A stretch of DNA of 64,000 nt from a virus (taxonomy: Duplodnaviria > Caudoviricetes). The translations under genes were made by a program, and so were the position numbers. Numbering within the stretch: position 1 is the first letter of the stretch; the number at the start of each line of letters is the position of its first letter. Shown here piece after piece: positions 17,619-25,665 of the stretch. The DNA is taken from IMG/VR virus record IMGVR_UViG_3300042010_000129, positions 160,001 through 224,000 of that record; one strand, 5' to 3'. Under the pieces are notes generated by a model. It was not told the origin of the DNA, searched no databases, and saw only the letters and a list, made by a program, of their open reading frames with translations.

Positions 17619-18689
17619 TTAGAAAAAACCGAACTTGCGATGGCGCCGACCGTAGGCGTTACGTCTGTCCAGTATATAGTTTACAGTTAATGACGGGATC
17701 ACCACGATTGCCAGCAGCGACAACGCAATCAACCAATAAGGCGGATCGTATTCGTCTTTCAGGAAGTCGTAACGTCCGAGGTCTTCGCGTTGGAAATACT
17801 GAAACGCACTATCCAGCGATTCGATATATCGGGCTGTGTCGTAACGATTCAGCTTCACCGCGTTGACGTGCATCAGATTGGAAAAGTTGAAGCCTTGCGG
17901 ATCGGTCAGGTTATCAGCCGACCGGGTAAACGAATTCGCGTTGATAACCCGGCCTTCTTTGTCCAGACGCATGATCACCACAGCATCGTTTTTCTTGCCA
18001 CCTTTCCACTTGCTTTTCAGCGCGTAATAAAAACCTTTGAAGTCGGTTTCTTCACGCAATGCAATGACGATCACGTTGACGCCGTGCATCGGCCCCCAGC
18101 GCTTTTGTGCCACGTTCAACTGGCGCGACAATTCGCGTTGGTCAACTTGCGGCGTGTTGGAGAATCCGCGCTGCACTTTGAAGCCCGCGTAAACATGCGG
18201 ATATTCCGGCAACCAACCTTTGTACTCTTCAGCGGCTTCGCGGTCGATCATCACCGTTTGTTCGCTCACGTTCTGGAAATTCAGAAAGCGTTTGCTGGTG
18301 GTGAACGGATCGCCTATTTGCGTGTTGGTGTAAATCTCCGGCGCACGAATGGATTGATGCGTGTATTCGCTGAATTTGTCACCGTCGATATCCGACACAA
18401 CGTCCCAGCGCCAGCGTGGAATTTCGCGGGTGCAGGTTTTCGTGTGGCCTTGGGAGTCTTTGCCGCAATCGTAGCTTTCAGTTTCTGGATCATAAACACG
18501 TTTTTTCTCCGCGACAGAACCGCTCAACAATTGCAGGTCGGACGCCTGCCAATACATCGGCCCGTAGTACACTGCGCACGATACGACCACACCGACAACA
18601 AAGCACGCGCCCGACGCCAGCCAGTCATGTTCCCGGTGGTGCCAATAGGCCGCAACCAAAAGGGCTGCGAAGAGATACGCAAAAATCAT
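17619..18689 (-). CDS. Multi-pass membrane protein with extracytoplasmic TPM-like domain
   Basis: 2 N-terminal TMs, soluble domain with LNVAQKRWG...VNVIVI...WKGGKKNDAVV, C-terminal TM; typical LemA partner. Confidence 0.6.
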   Translation of the reverse strand: MIFAYLFAALLVAAYWHHREHDWLASGACFVVGVVVSCAVYYGPMYWQASDLQLLSGSVAEKKRVYDPETESYDCGKDSQGHTKTCTREIPRWRWDVVSDIDGDKFSEYTHQSIRAPEIYTNTQIGDPFTTSKRFLNFQNVSEQTVMIDREAAEEYKGWLPEYPHVYAGFKVQRGFSNTPQVDQRELSRQLNVAQKRWGPMHGVNVIVIALREETDFKGFYYALKSKWKGGKKNDAVVIMRLDKEGRVINANSFTRSADNLTDPQGFNFSNLMHVNAVKLNRYDTARYIESLDSAFQYFQREDLGRYDFLKDEYDPPYWLIALSLLAIVVIPSLTVNYILDRRNAYGRRHRKFGFF

Positions 18690-18958
18690 TGGTAAATCTC
18701 CAAATTCCTTTTGACTTCAGGCCACGCCATGATGCCCTTGGAAATGTCCTGATCATCGACAGGAACCAGATTGTATTTAAACCCGCCTGCCGCATCGCCG
18801 TAGCCGCAAATCAGATTGTCCGCGTAGTCGTGCGACCAGTACGGGGCAAACCCGGCGTCGTAGAGCGCGTAAGCAATGCAGATTTCATCCTCGAACGTGA
18901 CCAGACGTTTTTCGCCGTTGGGCATACGGTTTGGATCGAACGGCATGTATTTATCCAT
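18686..18958 (-). CDS. Hypothetical protein
   Basis: Start re-set to MDKYM to avoid overlap with 18951-19499. Confidence 0.6.
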   Translation of the reverse strand: MDKYMPFDPNRMPNGEKRLVTFEDEICIAYALYDAGFAPYWSHDYADNLICGYGDAAGGFKYNLVPVDDQDISKGIMAWPEVKRNLEIYQ

Positions 18959-19499
18959 TTGCATTTGGCGCCCCCGGTTGACGGAAGTTTTCGTTGATCC
19001 AGCGCACGGTTTTGTAAATGTCTTTACGCCCAAGAAACTCGATGTAAAACCATTTGCCATTTGGTTCGTGCGCACCGCCCTGAAAGAACGGTGACGAATT
19101 TCGACGGATTTGATAACCGGGTTTGTCGATCCACGTAGTGAACAATTCACCCATCAGGAATTCATGCAATTCTGGCGTGGCGTGATGCTCCAGAACTTGA
19201 ATGCCGATATCGTAGCGCTGGCACATGGTCGGGAAGAAACGCGGCACGCCATCGACCACACGTTGGCTCATGGTGTAGCCGGTGCGCATGTGAGAGTGGA
19301 AACCAATCACCGGCAGATTGTCGTCCACGATTTTGTACGTGCCGATAACACGATCCAAGTCATGATCGAAAATTTCGCCGTTATCCTGATAGGAAAGCAC
19401 GTCAGTGAAATGCTCTCCGAAGCCGAGGCCCCGCAGCAAAGAAGTGCAGCGTTCGCGCAGGGTTTCGCCCACGATAAATTCGCTCGCATCAAACGTCAT
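18951..19499 (-). CDS. Hypothetical protein
   Basis: Start re-set to MTFDA. Confidence 0.7.
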   Translation of the reverse strand: MTFDASEFIVGETLRERCTSLLRGLGFGEHFTDVLSYQDNGEIFDHDLDRVIGTYKIVDDNLPVIGFHSHMRTGYTMSQRVVDGVPRFFPTMCQRYDIGIQVLEHHATPELHEFLMGELFTTWIDKPGYQIRRNSSPFFQGGAHEPNGKWFYIEFLGRKDIYKTVRWINENFRQPGAPNANG

Positions 19500-19704
19500 G
19501 ACGGTATGCCTCCGGCAAATCATCCCAAGCCACTACGTCAACTTCCTGCCAGAAACCGAAAACGTCTTCGACCCAGCGACCACCATCGACGCAAACACCT
19601 TTATTAAATCGCACAACATCCGTAGTCATTCGACCACGAACGGTTGCGATGTAATCCCCGGTTTTACTCGGGGTATATTCGGTCTTCCAGTTAGCGACGG
19701 CCAT
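19489..19704 (-). CDS. Small hypothetical protein
   Basis: Coupled 71-aa ORF. Confidence 0.65.
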   Translation of the reverse strand: MAVANWKTEYTPSKTGDYIATVRGRMTTDVVRFNKGVCVDGGRWVEDVFGFWQEVDVVAWDDLPEAYRHDV

Positions 19705-19946
19705 TAGTTATGCTCCACGTCACCGGCCCAGCCGTACACGCGGAAGCACTCGGTCATGAATTTGTTGTAATACCAGTTGTAGCCGTCTTCACTCAGACGT
19801 TCACGCACTGCACGCGGCAGTTCTTCGTCGGTGAAATCCACGTAGGATTCTTTATCCTCGACTGCGGCCTTCGTGATCTTTTCGATAGCCGCGTCGTACT
19901 CCGGCATATCCTCACGGATTTTATCTTTCAAATCTTGCAGGTTCAT
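19704..19946 (-). CDS. Small acidic protein
   Basis: Coupled 80-aa ORF. Confidence 0.7.
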   Translation of the reverse strand: MNLQDLKDKIREDMPEYDAAIEKITKAAVEDKESYVDFTDEELPRAVRERLSEDGYNWYYNKFMTECFRVYGWAGDVEHN

Positions 19947-20752
19947 ACGTCACCCATTTTCTCGAAGCGCGTCTGCATAGGTTCGAAAACGATACCTTGC
20001 TGACGCAGGCTTTCTTCAACTTCGTCCAGCATTTTGCGCCGGGTTGCAATTTCGTGCGTGGTGTATTCATCACCCGTCTGATAACTGCGTGGAAGTTTCA
20101 CTTTATATTCTGGTTCGTCGCGGGCCGTAACCATCGCTTTGTAAATGGCCTCGACCGCGTTTTTGCCGTGCGCTTCTGCGTTCTCTTCGCCTTCCTCACG
20201 CTTACCGTCGAAATTTACTTCCGGCTCGGTATCGAAGAAACGACCGAGTGCCGTCATACCGGCTTTGATCATTTTTTCCGTGGTCTGGTATTTGAACGGC
20301 ACGGCGTATTCACGTTCAACCATTCCGGCAGTCAGATCGGTCAGCTGCGACAGTTGCGTTTGCAGTTCGTAAAACTTTTCCTGTACACCGTCAGCCGTGC
20401 GGGTAATCAGAGCCTTTGCCGCTACCTGCACAGCTTTTTCGAAATCGTCAAAATGCGCAGCACTCAGTTTCTGTTGAGCCAGACGATTCGCGAAATACGA
20501 CATGATTTTGTTGAAGTCTGCGTAGACCACGCGTTCGCTATTCAGGTAGATCGAAACTTTCATGCGTTCCGAATCCCACAGGGGATCGTCAACGATACGC
20601 GAAAGCGTTTCACGTGGTACAGCATCCAGCAGCACGAAATTGAACCAGCTGCCTTTGCCGCCGTTGTCGTTCTCGCCTTTCATGAAACTAACGAGTTCGA
20701 ATTCACCGGCCTCGAAAGCTTTGTCGATTGGCGATTGATTTTTCTCAGCCAT
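19943..20752 (-). CDS. Hypothetical helical protein
   Basis: Start re-set to MAEKN (AAGGAAG SD). Confidence 0.7.
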   Translation of the reverse strand: MAEKNQSPIDKAFEAGEFELVSFMKGENDNGGKGSWFNFVLLDAVPRETLSRIVDDPLWDSERMKVSIYLNSERVVYADFNKIMSYFANRLAQQKLSAAHFDDFEKAVQVAAKALITRTADGVQEKFYELQTQLSQLTDLTAGMVEREYAVPFKYQTTEKMIKAGMTALGRFFDTEPEVNFDGKREEGEENAEAHGKNAVEAIYKAMVTARDEPEYKVKLPRSYQTGDEYTTHEIATRRKMLDEVEESLRQQGIVFEPMQTRFEKMGDV

Positions 20753-21272
20753 TTTTCTCTTCCTTGTAACGACGATGTTCGGCGCGGCCACCATGATCAA
20801 CGATGCCCATTTTCAAAGTGCTGTAATCCATTGCATCCAGAATCACTTTTGCATGCGCCAACGCTTTTTCAACATCGGTAAAAATACTTTCCATGCGGAC
20901 ATGATTCGTTCCCCACGTGCGGCACATGGCATTCATGTAGGCCCGGATCATGTTGTTGAAATCGTCCAACGCATCCTGACGTTTCATCGCGTCTTGTGGC
21001 AGCACGATTTCCATGTTGCCGAATTTCAGGCGCGGAGTGAAATCCATACACGCTTGCCAGCCGTTCCACTGCATGGCGATAGCAGGATCGTCAGAGCCTT
21101 TTGGGTTCAGCTTGGATTTATCCAGAATCTGGCTTTCAAATTTCAGGCGGGATTCTCGCAGAAGTTTTCCGCGATAACGGGCGCAAGTTGCAGCCCATTC
21201 ATCAGCAGCTTTTTTCTGTGCCGCTTGGTACTCTTCGGGAGTGCCCAAAATATCTTCGAGGCTGCTTTTCAT
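20745..21272 (-). CDS. Hypothetical protein
   Basis: 175-aa ORF. Confidence 0.7.
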   Translation of the reverse strand: MKSSLEDILGTPEEYQAAQKKAADEWAATCARYRGKLLRESRLKFESQILDKSKLNPKGSDDPAIAMQWNGWQACMDFTPRLKFGNMEIVLPQDAMKRQDALDDFNNMIRAYMNAMCRTWGTNHVRMESIFTDVEKALAHAKVILDAMDYSTLKMGIVDHGGRAEHRRYKEEKNG

Positions 21273-21487
21273 GTTCTACGCCTTCTTGTCCAGCGGGAAA
21301 ATTTACAGGTAAGAAAACTGATCACGATCAAGACAATCAGGAACCCGGCAAACGTAATCACCGGGCTATCGAAAAATACAATCTTGAAGCGACCGTTATA
21401 CCAATCAATTACTGGCATAAGGCACGACACAAAGCTTAACGCAATGGAATCACCGTGCCTTGCCCAAATGGAACGCAGAAAGTTCAC
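21269..21487 (-). CDS. Small membrane protein
   Basis: Hydrophobic segments; basic C-terminus. Confidence 0.6.
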   Translation of the reverse strand: MNFLRSIWARHGDSIALSFVSCLMPVIDWYNGRFKIVFFDSPVITFAGFLIVLIVISFLTCKFSRWTRRRRT

Positions 21488-21759
21488 TTGAACATTTTCT
21501 CTGCCGGAACGTTGTAAGTTTCCTGCGCCATCACCGAATAGAACAGGCGGGCCAGATCGGTGTGCGCTACCGGCGTTTTGTTCATCATGCGGCTGCGAAT
21601 TGCGCTCGCCATTTCAGGACTGACAAAACCGTTTTCGTCGAACAGCCCCGGCGCAATCAACGGCTTGTCGTTGACCTTCACCGAATTCTGTTTCAGCTGG
21701 CCGTTCGGCATGAACAGCGCGGACAGGGTTTTAGCAGCTTGCATATTTTTGTCGTTCAT
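21484..21759 (-). CDS. Hypothetical protein
   Basis: 91-aa ORF. Confidence 0.65.
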   Translation of the reverse strand: MNDKNMQAAKTLSALFMPNGQLKQNSVKVNDKPLIAPGLFDENGFVSPEMASAIRSRMMNKTPVAHTDLARLFYSVMAQETYNVPAEKMFK

Positions 21760-21760
21760 T

Positions 21761-22333
21761 TTATTGCTCCCGTTGGGCGATGCGCTGTTGCACGTAGTTG
21801 ATAAGTTCGTTCGTGGTTTGCCACGTCATGTCTTCGTCGGGAATTTCGAGGCTGAAATGTTCCTCGACACACAACGTCAGGTCGAACATGGAAATCTCGT
21901 TGAATTCCATTTCGCTGAATGGCGTGCTGGCCTTGATGTGGTCTGCGCGATAACCAAAACTACCGGCCACCATTTCGAGAATCGTGGCTTTCAGTTCTGG
22001 TGCCATTTCACTCGGCATAATTTCCTCTACTTCGTCAAATGGCACGGTGTTCGGCAGCGGGTAATTCTTGGCCGCGTCGTCGAGTGCAGCGCGCAGCGAC
22101 GGCTTTGGTTCCGTCCGCTCAAAGCGCCACATCAAATTGAATTCTTTGGCCGGTGTGCGCTGAAACATATTCGGGTTGATCGACAGGCCGCTATTCGACA
22201 GGGCCGTGCGGCGTTCCAGATAATCGAGGCGATCAGTGTCCTCGAAAAGTTCGCGCAATTTTGCAGCGAGTTTGTAATCGGTGGCGCACACCAATTCGTA
22301 TGCGCGTTGGCGTTCCTGTTTGGTCAGGCTCAT
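21761..22333 (-). CDS. Fusion protein with C-terminal ACP-like domain lacking the carrier Ser
   Basis: C-terminal about 78 aa aligns to ACP (LCVEEHFSLEIPDED..TTNELINYV vs [25 protein letters not shown]); DSL motif replaced by NEI. Confidence 0.75.
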   Translation of the reverse strand: MSLTKQERQRAYELVCATDYKLAAKLRELFEDTDRLDYLERRTALSNSGLSINPNMFQRTPAKEFNLMWRFERTEPKPSLRAALDDAAKNYPLPNTVPFDEVEEIMPSEMAPELKATILEMVAGSFGYRADHIKASTPFSEMEFNEISMFDLTLCVEEHFSLEIPDEDMTWQTTNELINYVQQRIAQREQ

Positions 22334-22335
22334 GA

Positions 22336-22668
22336 TTAATTCACCAGCTTACGAATGAGAAACGACGTGCGAGCATAACCGATTACTTTTGAATTCTTCG
22401 GTAGCTCAATTAGCTTTCCGTAGGCCTTGCGGGTTTTATGCCCTTGGCCTTTCCCGTACCAGTACCCGGCCATCAAATGCAGACCGGGCTGGCGGGCGTT
22501 TGCACCACGCTTGATATCTTGCTGCGTGATGTTGATCGCTACCCAATGGCGGCGACCGCTACCGGTTGTTTTCGCCGGAATTTTCACTAACGACAGGTTC
22601 TTCATTTTCGTTTTCTTCCAGATTGCAGTCAGGGCACGGATCACAAACACTATCGACTTGACCATCAC
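22336..22668 (-). CDS. Basic hypothetical protein (start uncertain)
   Basis: Minus-strand ORF. Confidence 0.55.
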   Translation of the reverse strand: MMVKSIVFVIRALTAIWKKTKMKNLSLVKIPAKTTGSGRRHWVAINITQQDIKRGANARQPGLHLMAGYWYGKGQGHKTRKAYGKLIELPKNSKVIGYARTSFLIRKLVN

Positions 22669-22798
22669 CCCACGGCACTAAACCACCGATCATTCCGTGG
22701 TCGCCGCAGGTCATGCATTTAATTGAGGCCAATCGTTCAAGCTGCTCAGGCGTCAACGGAACCGCTGGTGCAAATGGAATATCGTTCTCGCCTTCCAT
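22559..22798 (-). CDS. Small zinc-finger protein (DnaJ-like CxxCxxxG)
   Basis: CMTCGDHG ... CPDC; GAGGT SD. Confidence 0.6.
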   Translation of the reverse strand: MEGENDIPFAPAVPLTPEQLERLASIKCMTCGDHGMIGGLVPWGDGQVDSVCDPCPDCNLEENENEEPVVSENSGENNR

Positions 22799-22817
22799 CG
22801 ACTACCTCACTTTGTTT

Positions 22818-22904
22818 TTAAATTCCGCGAAGAAACCACGCGATTGCAAACGCTACGCCGACCACGCAAAATGCACCGGGCCACGATGTGATTATTTCTA
22901 CCAT
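22818..22904 (-). CDS. 28-aa single-TM peptide (not in ORF track)
   Basis: MVEIITSWPGAFCVVGVAFAIAWFLRGI; ATG overlaps upstream stop and fills the gap exactly. Confidence 0.6.
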   Translation of the reverse strand: MVEIITSWPGAFCVVGVAFAIAWFLRGI

Positions 22905-23167
22905 TGTGGTGGTTCCTGTTCATGGCGCCACATTTCTTTTTGACGCACGATTTCTTCCATCTGTGCGCGCAGCGGTGCTTCCTCTTCGTGTTGCTTCACA
23001 CGGTCGGCACACGTTTCAGTTTTGATGCAATGCCCACCAGTCCACGAACAACCATAACCGTTGCTGCTGGTGCCGTAGATATGAGCGTTGATTTGTGTAC
23101 GCAACGGACAATCGGAATTCCCGTGGCCCGGATGATTTGCGTGATTACCTTTCTCAGGATGAATCAT
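22898..23167 (-). CDS. Small Cys/His-containing protein
   Basis: 89-aa ORF. Confidence 0.65.
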   Translation of the reverse strand: MIHPEKGNHANHPGHGNSDCPLRTQINAHIYGTSSNGYGCSWTGGHCIKTETCADRVKQHEEEAPLRAQMEEIVRQKEMWRHEQEPPQW

Positions 23168-23176
23168 TTATTTATC

Positions 23177-24034
23177 TCAGAATGGAGGCAAGCCTTCAAG
23201 CTCGTAACCCATGATGAATTTAAAGAACGATGCAGACGGCAGCACGCCCTGTTTGATGTACGTGGAATAACCAGACGGCCATTTCCAGCCTTTGTATTTG
23301 AAATCCGACGATCCGTTGCGGGAACCGTCCCACCGATGCGTACTCCAGCCTTTGTAAGGTGCCGAAGTTGCCTTGCTTTCGACCGAAGCCAGCTTTACCA
23401 AAAACGCTTGTGCGTCAAACGATTTCAGTTTCAACGCGACCGGGAAAGGAAGCTGCGTTCCCCTGCCGAATACACCGGGTTTTTCTCGCCAGAACCCAGC
23501 CGTTTTTTCCGGGGCTTCACAGTCTGCATTCAGCGAATCATATGTGTCCTGACCCGCGTAAGTTTTCGGCTTCTTTTCCCGCGTTTTGGTTTCTGACGGG
23601 GAAAGCCCCATCGCACTACGAATACGCGGTGAAGACGTGCCGATGGTTGTGCAGATATCGCAGTGGCCCATTCCCAACTTGGCAGCCACACGAATTAGTG
23701 CATCCATCACATAATCCGCCGACAATTCTTTTTTGATCGGTTCGTCGTCCTGCCGGTGGAATGGCCGTACAGGTAACGGTTCTGGCTGGCGCACCACATT
23801 AAACGAACGCAGACCAATTCCGCACAACACGTCGTAGGCTTCTGCGAGCGTGTAGCTAAGGCGCAATCCGTTTTTGTCCACCAACGTGCGCGTCTGGTCT
23901 TTGACGAAAAACACAATGATGAAATTGTCTTTGAACGTGGCTTCGAAAACCCGACACAAGTCAGGCTCGGTTTCCCGACCGACCAACAACTTTTTGGCTT
24001 GGGCCAACGTAACAGATGTTCCGCGTGTGGTCAC
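23177..24034 (-). CDS. Multi-domain hypothetical protein
   Basis: C-terminal YKGWST..NGS..WxWPxG..Y..GVLPS..F..FI motif recalled from phage hypotheticals. Confidence 0.65.
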   Translation of the reverse strand: MTTRGTSVTLAQAKKLLVGRETEPDLCRVFEATFKDNFIIVFFVKDQTRTLVDKNGLRLSYTLAEAYDVLCGIGLRSFNVVRQPEPLPVRPFHRQDDEPIKKELSADYVMDALIRVAAKLGMGHCDICTTIGTSSPRIRSAMGLSPSETKTREKKPKTYAGQDTYDSLNADCEAPEKTAGFWREKPGVFGRGTQLPFPVALKLKSFDAQAFLVKLASVESKATSAPYKGWSTHRWDGSRNGSSDFKYKGWKWPSGYSTYIKQGVLPSASFFKFIMGYELEGLPPF

Positions 24035-24501
24035 TTGCGCCTCCGCTCTTCTTTTGTCTTCGTCACGATTTTCATCATGTCGGAGAATTCGAAATTTTCA
24101 TCGGTATCACAGCGGTAGATAATCAGCTTCCAGCCGCGTGAAATCTCTTCCAATTCTTTTCCTGTACCTGCCTTACGTTCATCCAACGCCTTCAGCGTGG
24201 AATCCAGTAATTCGCCGTACTTGAACGTGTTGGAAAAATGCCCGGTATTGATATCGAGCCAAACCGCTTTTTCATTCGGCTTGAGTTCTTCTTTTACCCA
24301 CGCTTCGATTGCCTTTACCACGCCTTCATAGCTCAGGTCGTAGTCGATGCCGGTGTGGCCCTTCGGCGGCACGGCACCCGGTGGATTCAGATGCGGATAC
24401 CAGTAGTCGATACTCGGATTCATAATGTTGAGGCCGGTTTCTTCGTACTCGTATGCGTAAATCGGCATACGTGCCATTACAGCATCCCAATCAATATTCA
24501 C
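24031..24501 (-). CDS. Hypothetical protein
   Basis: Coupled 156-aa ORF. Confidence 0.7.
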   Translation of the reverse strand: MNIDWDAVMARMPIYAYEYEETGLNIMNPSIDYWYPHLNPPGAVPPKGHTGIDYDLSYEGVVKAIEAWVKEELKPNEKAVWLDINTGHFSNTFKYGELLDSTLKALDERKAGTGKELEEISRGWKLIIYRCDTDENFEFSDMMKIVTKTKEERRRK

Positions 24502-24860
24502 TGTTGCACCTCAGAATTCCGTCGCACAAATCCAAAGCTCAACACGTAGCGCGTGCCGTGGACAACAGGCGTCACGCTGTGCAGATGCAGATCAGGCCGG
24601 AAGAAAGTGAAAAAACGATTACTGAAAATTGCACCAGCGTGTTCCGGTACACCACCATCCTTTGCGTTCCACAAATAAACGTTCAGCCGATAATGCTTGT
24701 GGTCTGGCACGGGATCGCGATGCTTTGGAATTCCAGATCCCACCGGATAACGCAGCAGGTACAAATCCCATTTGAAGCGACTGAAAAACTTCCAGCGATT
24801 TAGGAGTTTCAGTTTTTCATAACCGGTTCCCTGTCTGCCCGGTTCCCAATTAAATCGCAT
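24498..24860 (-). CDS. 2OG-Fe(II) oxygenase (AlkB/prolyl-hydroxylase superfamily)
   Basis: LLRY..G..IPKHRD (HxD) ... HSVTPV..GTRYVLSFG (H and R). Confidence 0.8.
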   Translation of the reverse strand: MRFNWEPGRQGTGYEKLKLLNRWKFFSRFKWDLYLLRYPVGSGIPKHRDPVPDHKHYRLNVYLWNAKDGGVPEHAGAIFSNRFFTFFRPDLHLHSVTPVVHGTRYVLSFGFVRRNSEVQQ

Positions 24861-24863
24861 GGC

Positions 24864-25142
24864 CTACACCTTTTCGATTGCTACAAAGCCACGATGCTGC
24901 AAGTAACTGATAGCCCAAGACAGGACGGCCCGCGATTCTGCGTCAGGATTGACCCGCACAACTTCGAAGGTTTTGGCGGCGTTAACCCGGATGGAAAATT
25001 CAGCATCCGTTCTAGGAATCACCGCGTCAATTACACACGCGCCGTCTTGTGGTTCGATGTTGCAGAAAATCACATCGTACACACCTAGCAATTCATCTTG
25101 CATTTGAGTGCATACGACTTCTGTGTTGATACCGATGTTCAT
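24864..25142 (-). CDS. Hypothetical protein
   Basis: 92-aa ORF. Confidence 0.65.
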   Translation of the reverse strand: MNIGINTEVVCTQMQDELLGVYDVIFCNIEPQDGACVIDAVIPRTDAEFSIRVNAAKTFEVVRVNPDAESRAVLSWAISYLQHRGFVAIEKV

Positions 25143-25166
25143 AAAAAACCGACCTCGGAATTAATG

Positions 25167-25190
25167 GCGCACGTTTTTGAACAGAACGTG
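25167..25190 (-). other. Intergenic stem-loop
   Basis: gcacgtt-N9-aacgtgc inverted repeat between 25205 stop and 25142 start. Confidence 0.35.
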
Positions 25191-25204
25191 CAAACTGTTA
25201 GGCC

Positions 25205-25633
25205 TTACTGCGCTACGCCGCCTTTCAGACGAAGCAGTTGCGCTTCCAGTTCTTCGACCGACAGGTTTTCCAGCGCCGCGTCTTTCTTCTTGGCGAGAGT
25301 ATCGGTGATTTTCGCGATTTCGGTTTCGCGTGCTTTCTGGTCGGTCTTCGCTTTGTTTTCAGCGACACGGGTGTCGATGATGCTTTTCACAACGTCGAAA
25401 CGCAGCTGAATAACCGGATCTTTTTTCGCGCCGGAAACGAAGCTTTTGTTTTTACCTTTTTCCAGTTGTTCGTCGAGGTCGATTGCCAGCGCATCGAGGC
25501 TCGCTTTGTTGTTGCCGCGTGCAGTCAACGGCAGATCCCACAGGTCTTCGACCGACAGCTTACCGATAGGGGTATCGAAGCGCAGTTTCTGGCGGGTAGC
25601 TTGTTCGAAGATGTTTGCGTTTTCAGTAGTCAT
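25205..25633 (-). CDS. Conserved phage helical protein, partner of the 672-aa gene
   Basis: IFEQATRQKLRFDT..GKLSVEDLWDLPL signature; coiled-coil C-terminus. Confidence 0.75.
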   Translation of the reverse strand: MTTENANIFEQATRQKLRFDTPIGKLSVEDLWDLPLTARGNNKASLDALAIDLDEQLEKGKNKSFVSGAKKDPVIQLRFDVVKSIIDTRVAENKAKTDQKARETEIAKITDTLAKKKDAALENLSVEELEAQLLRLKGGVAQ

Positions 25634-25665
25634 TTTTCAGTTCTCTTTTTTCAGGTTTTGCGGGA

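Noticed and set aside
19635-19644. 1-mismatch AlgR boxes at 19635 and 46371
   Set aside because: Inside coding regions and at the frequency expected by chance (about 4 per window).
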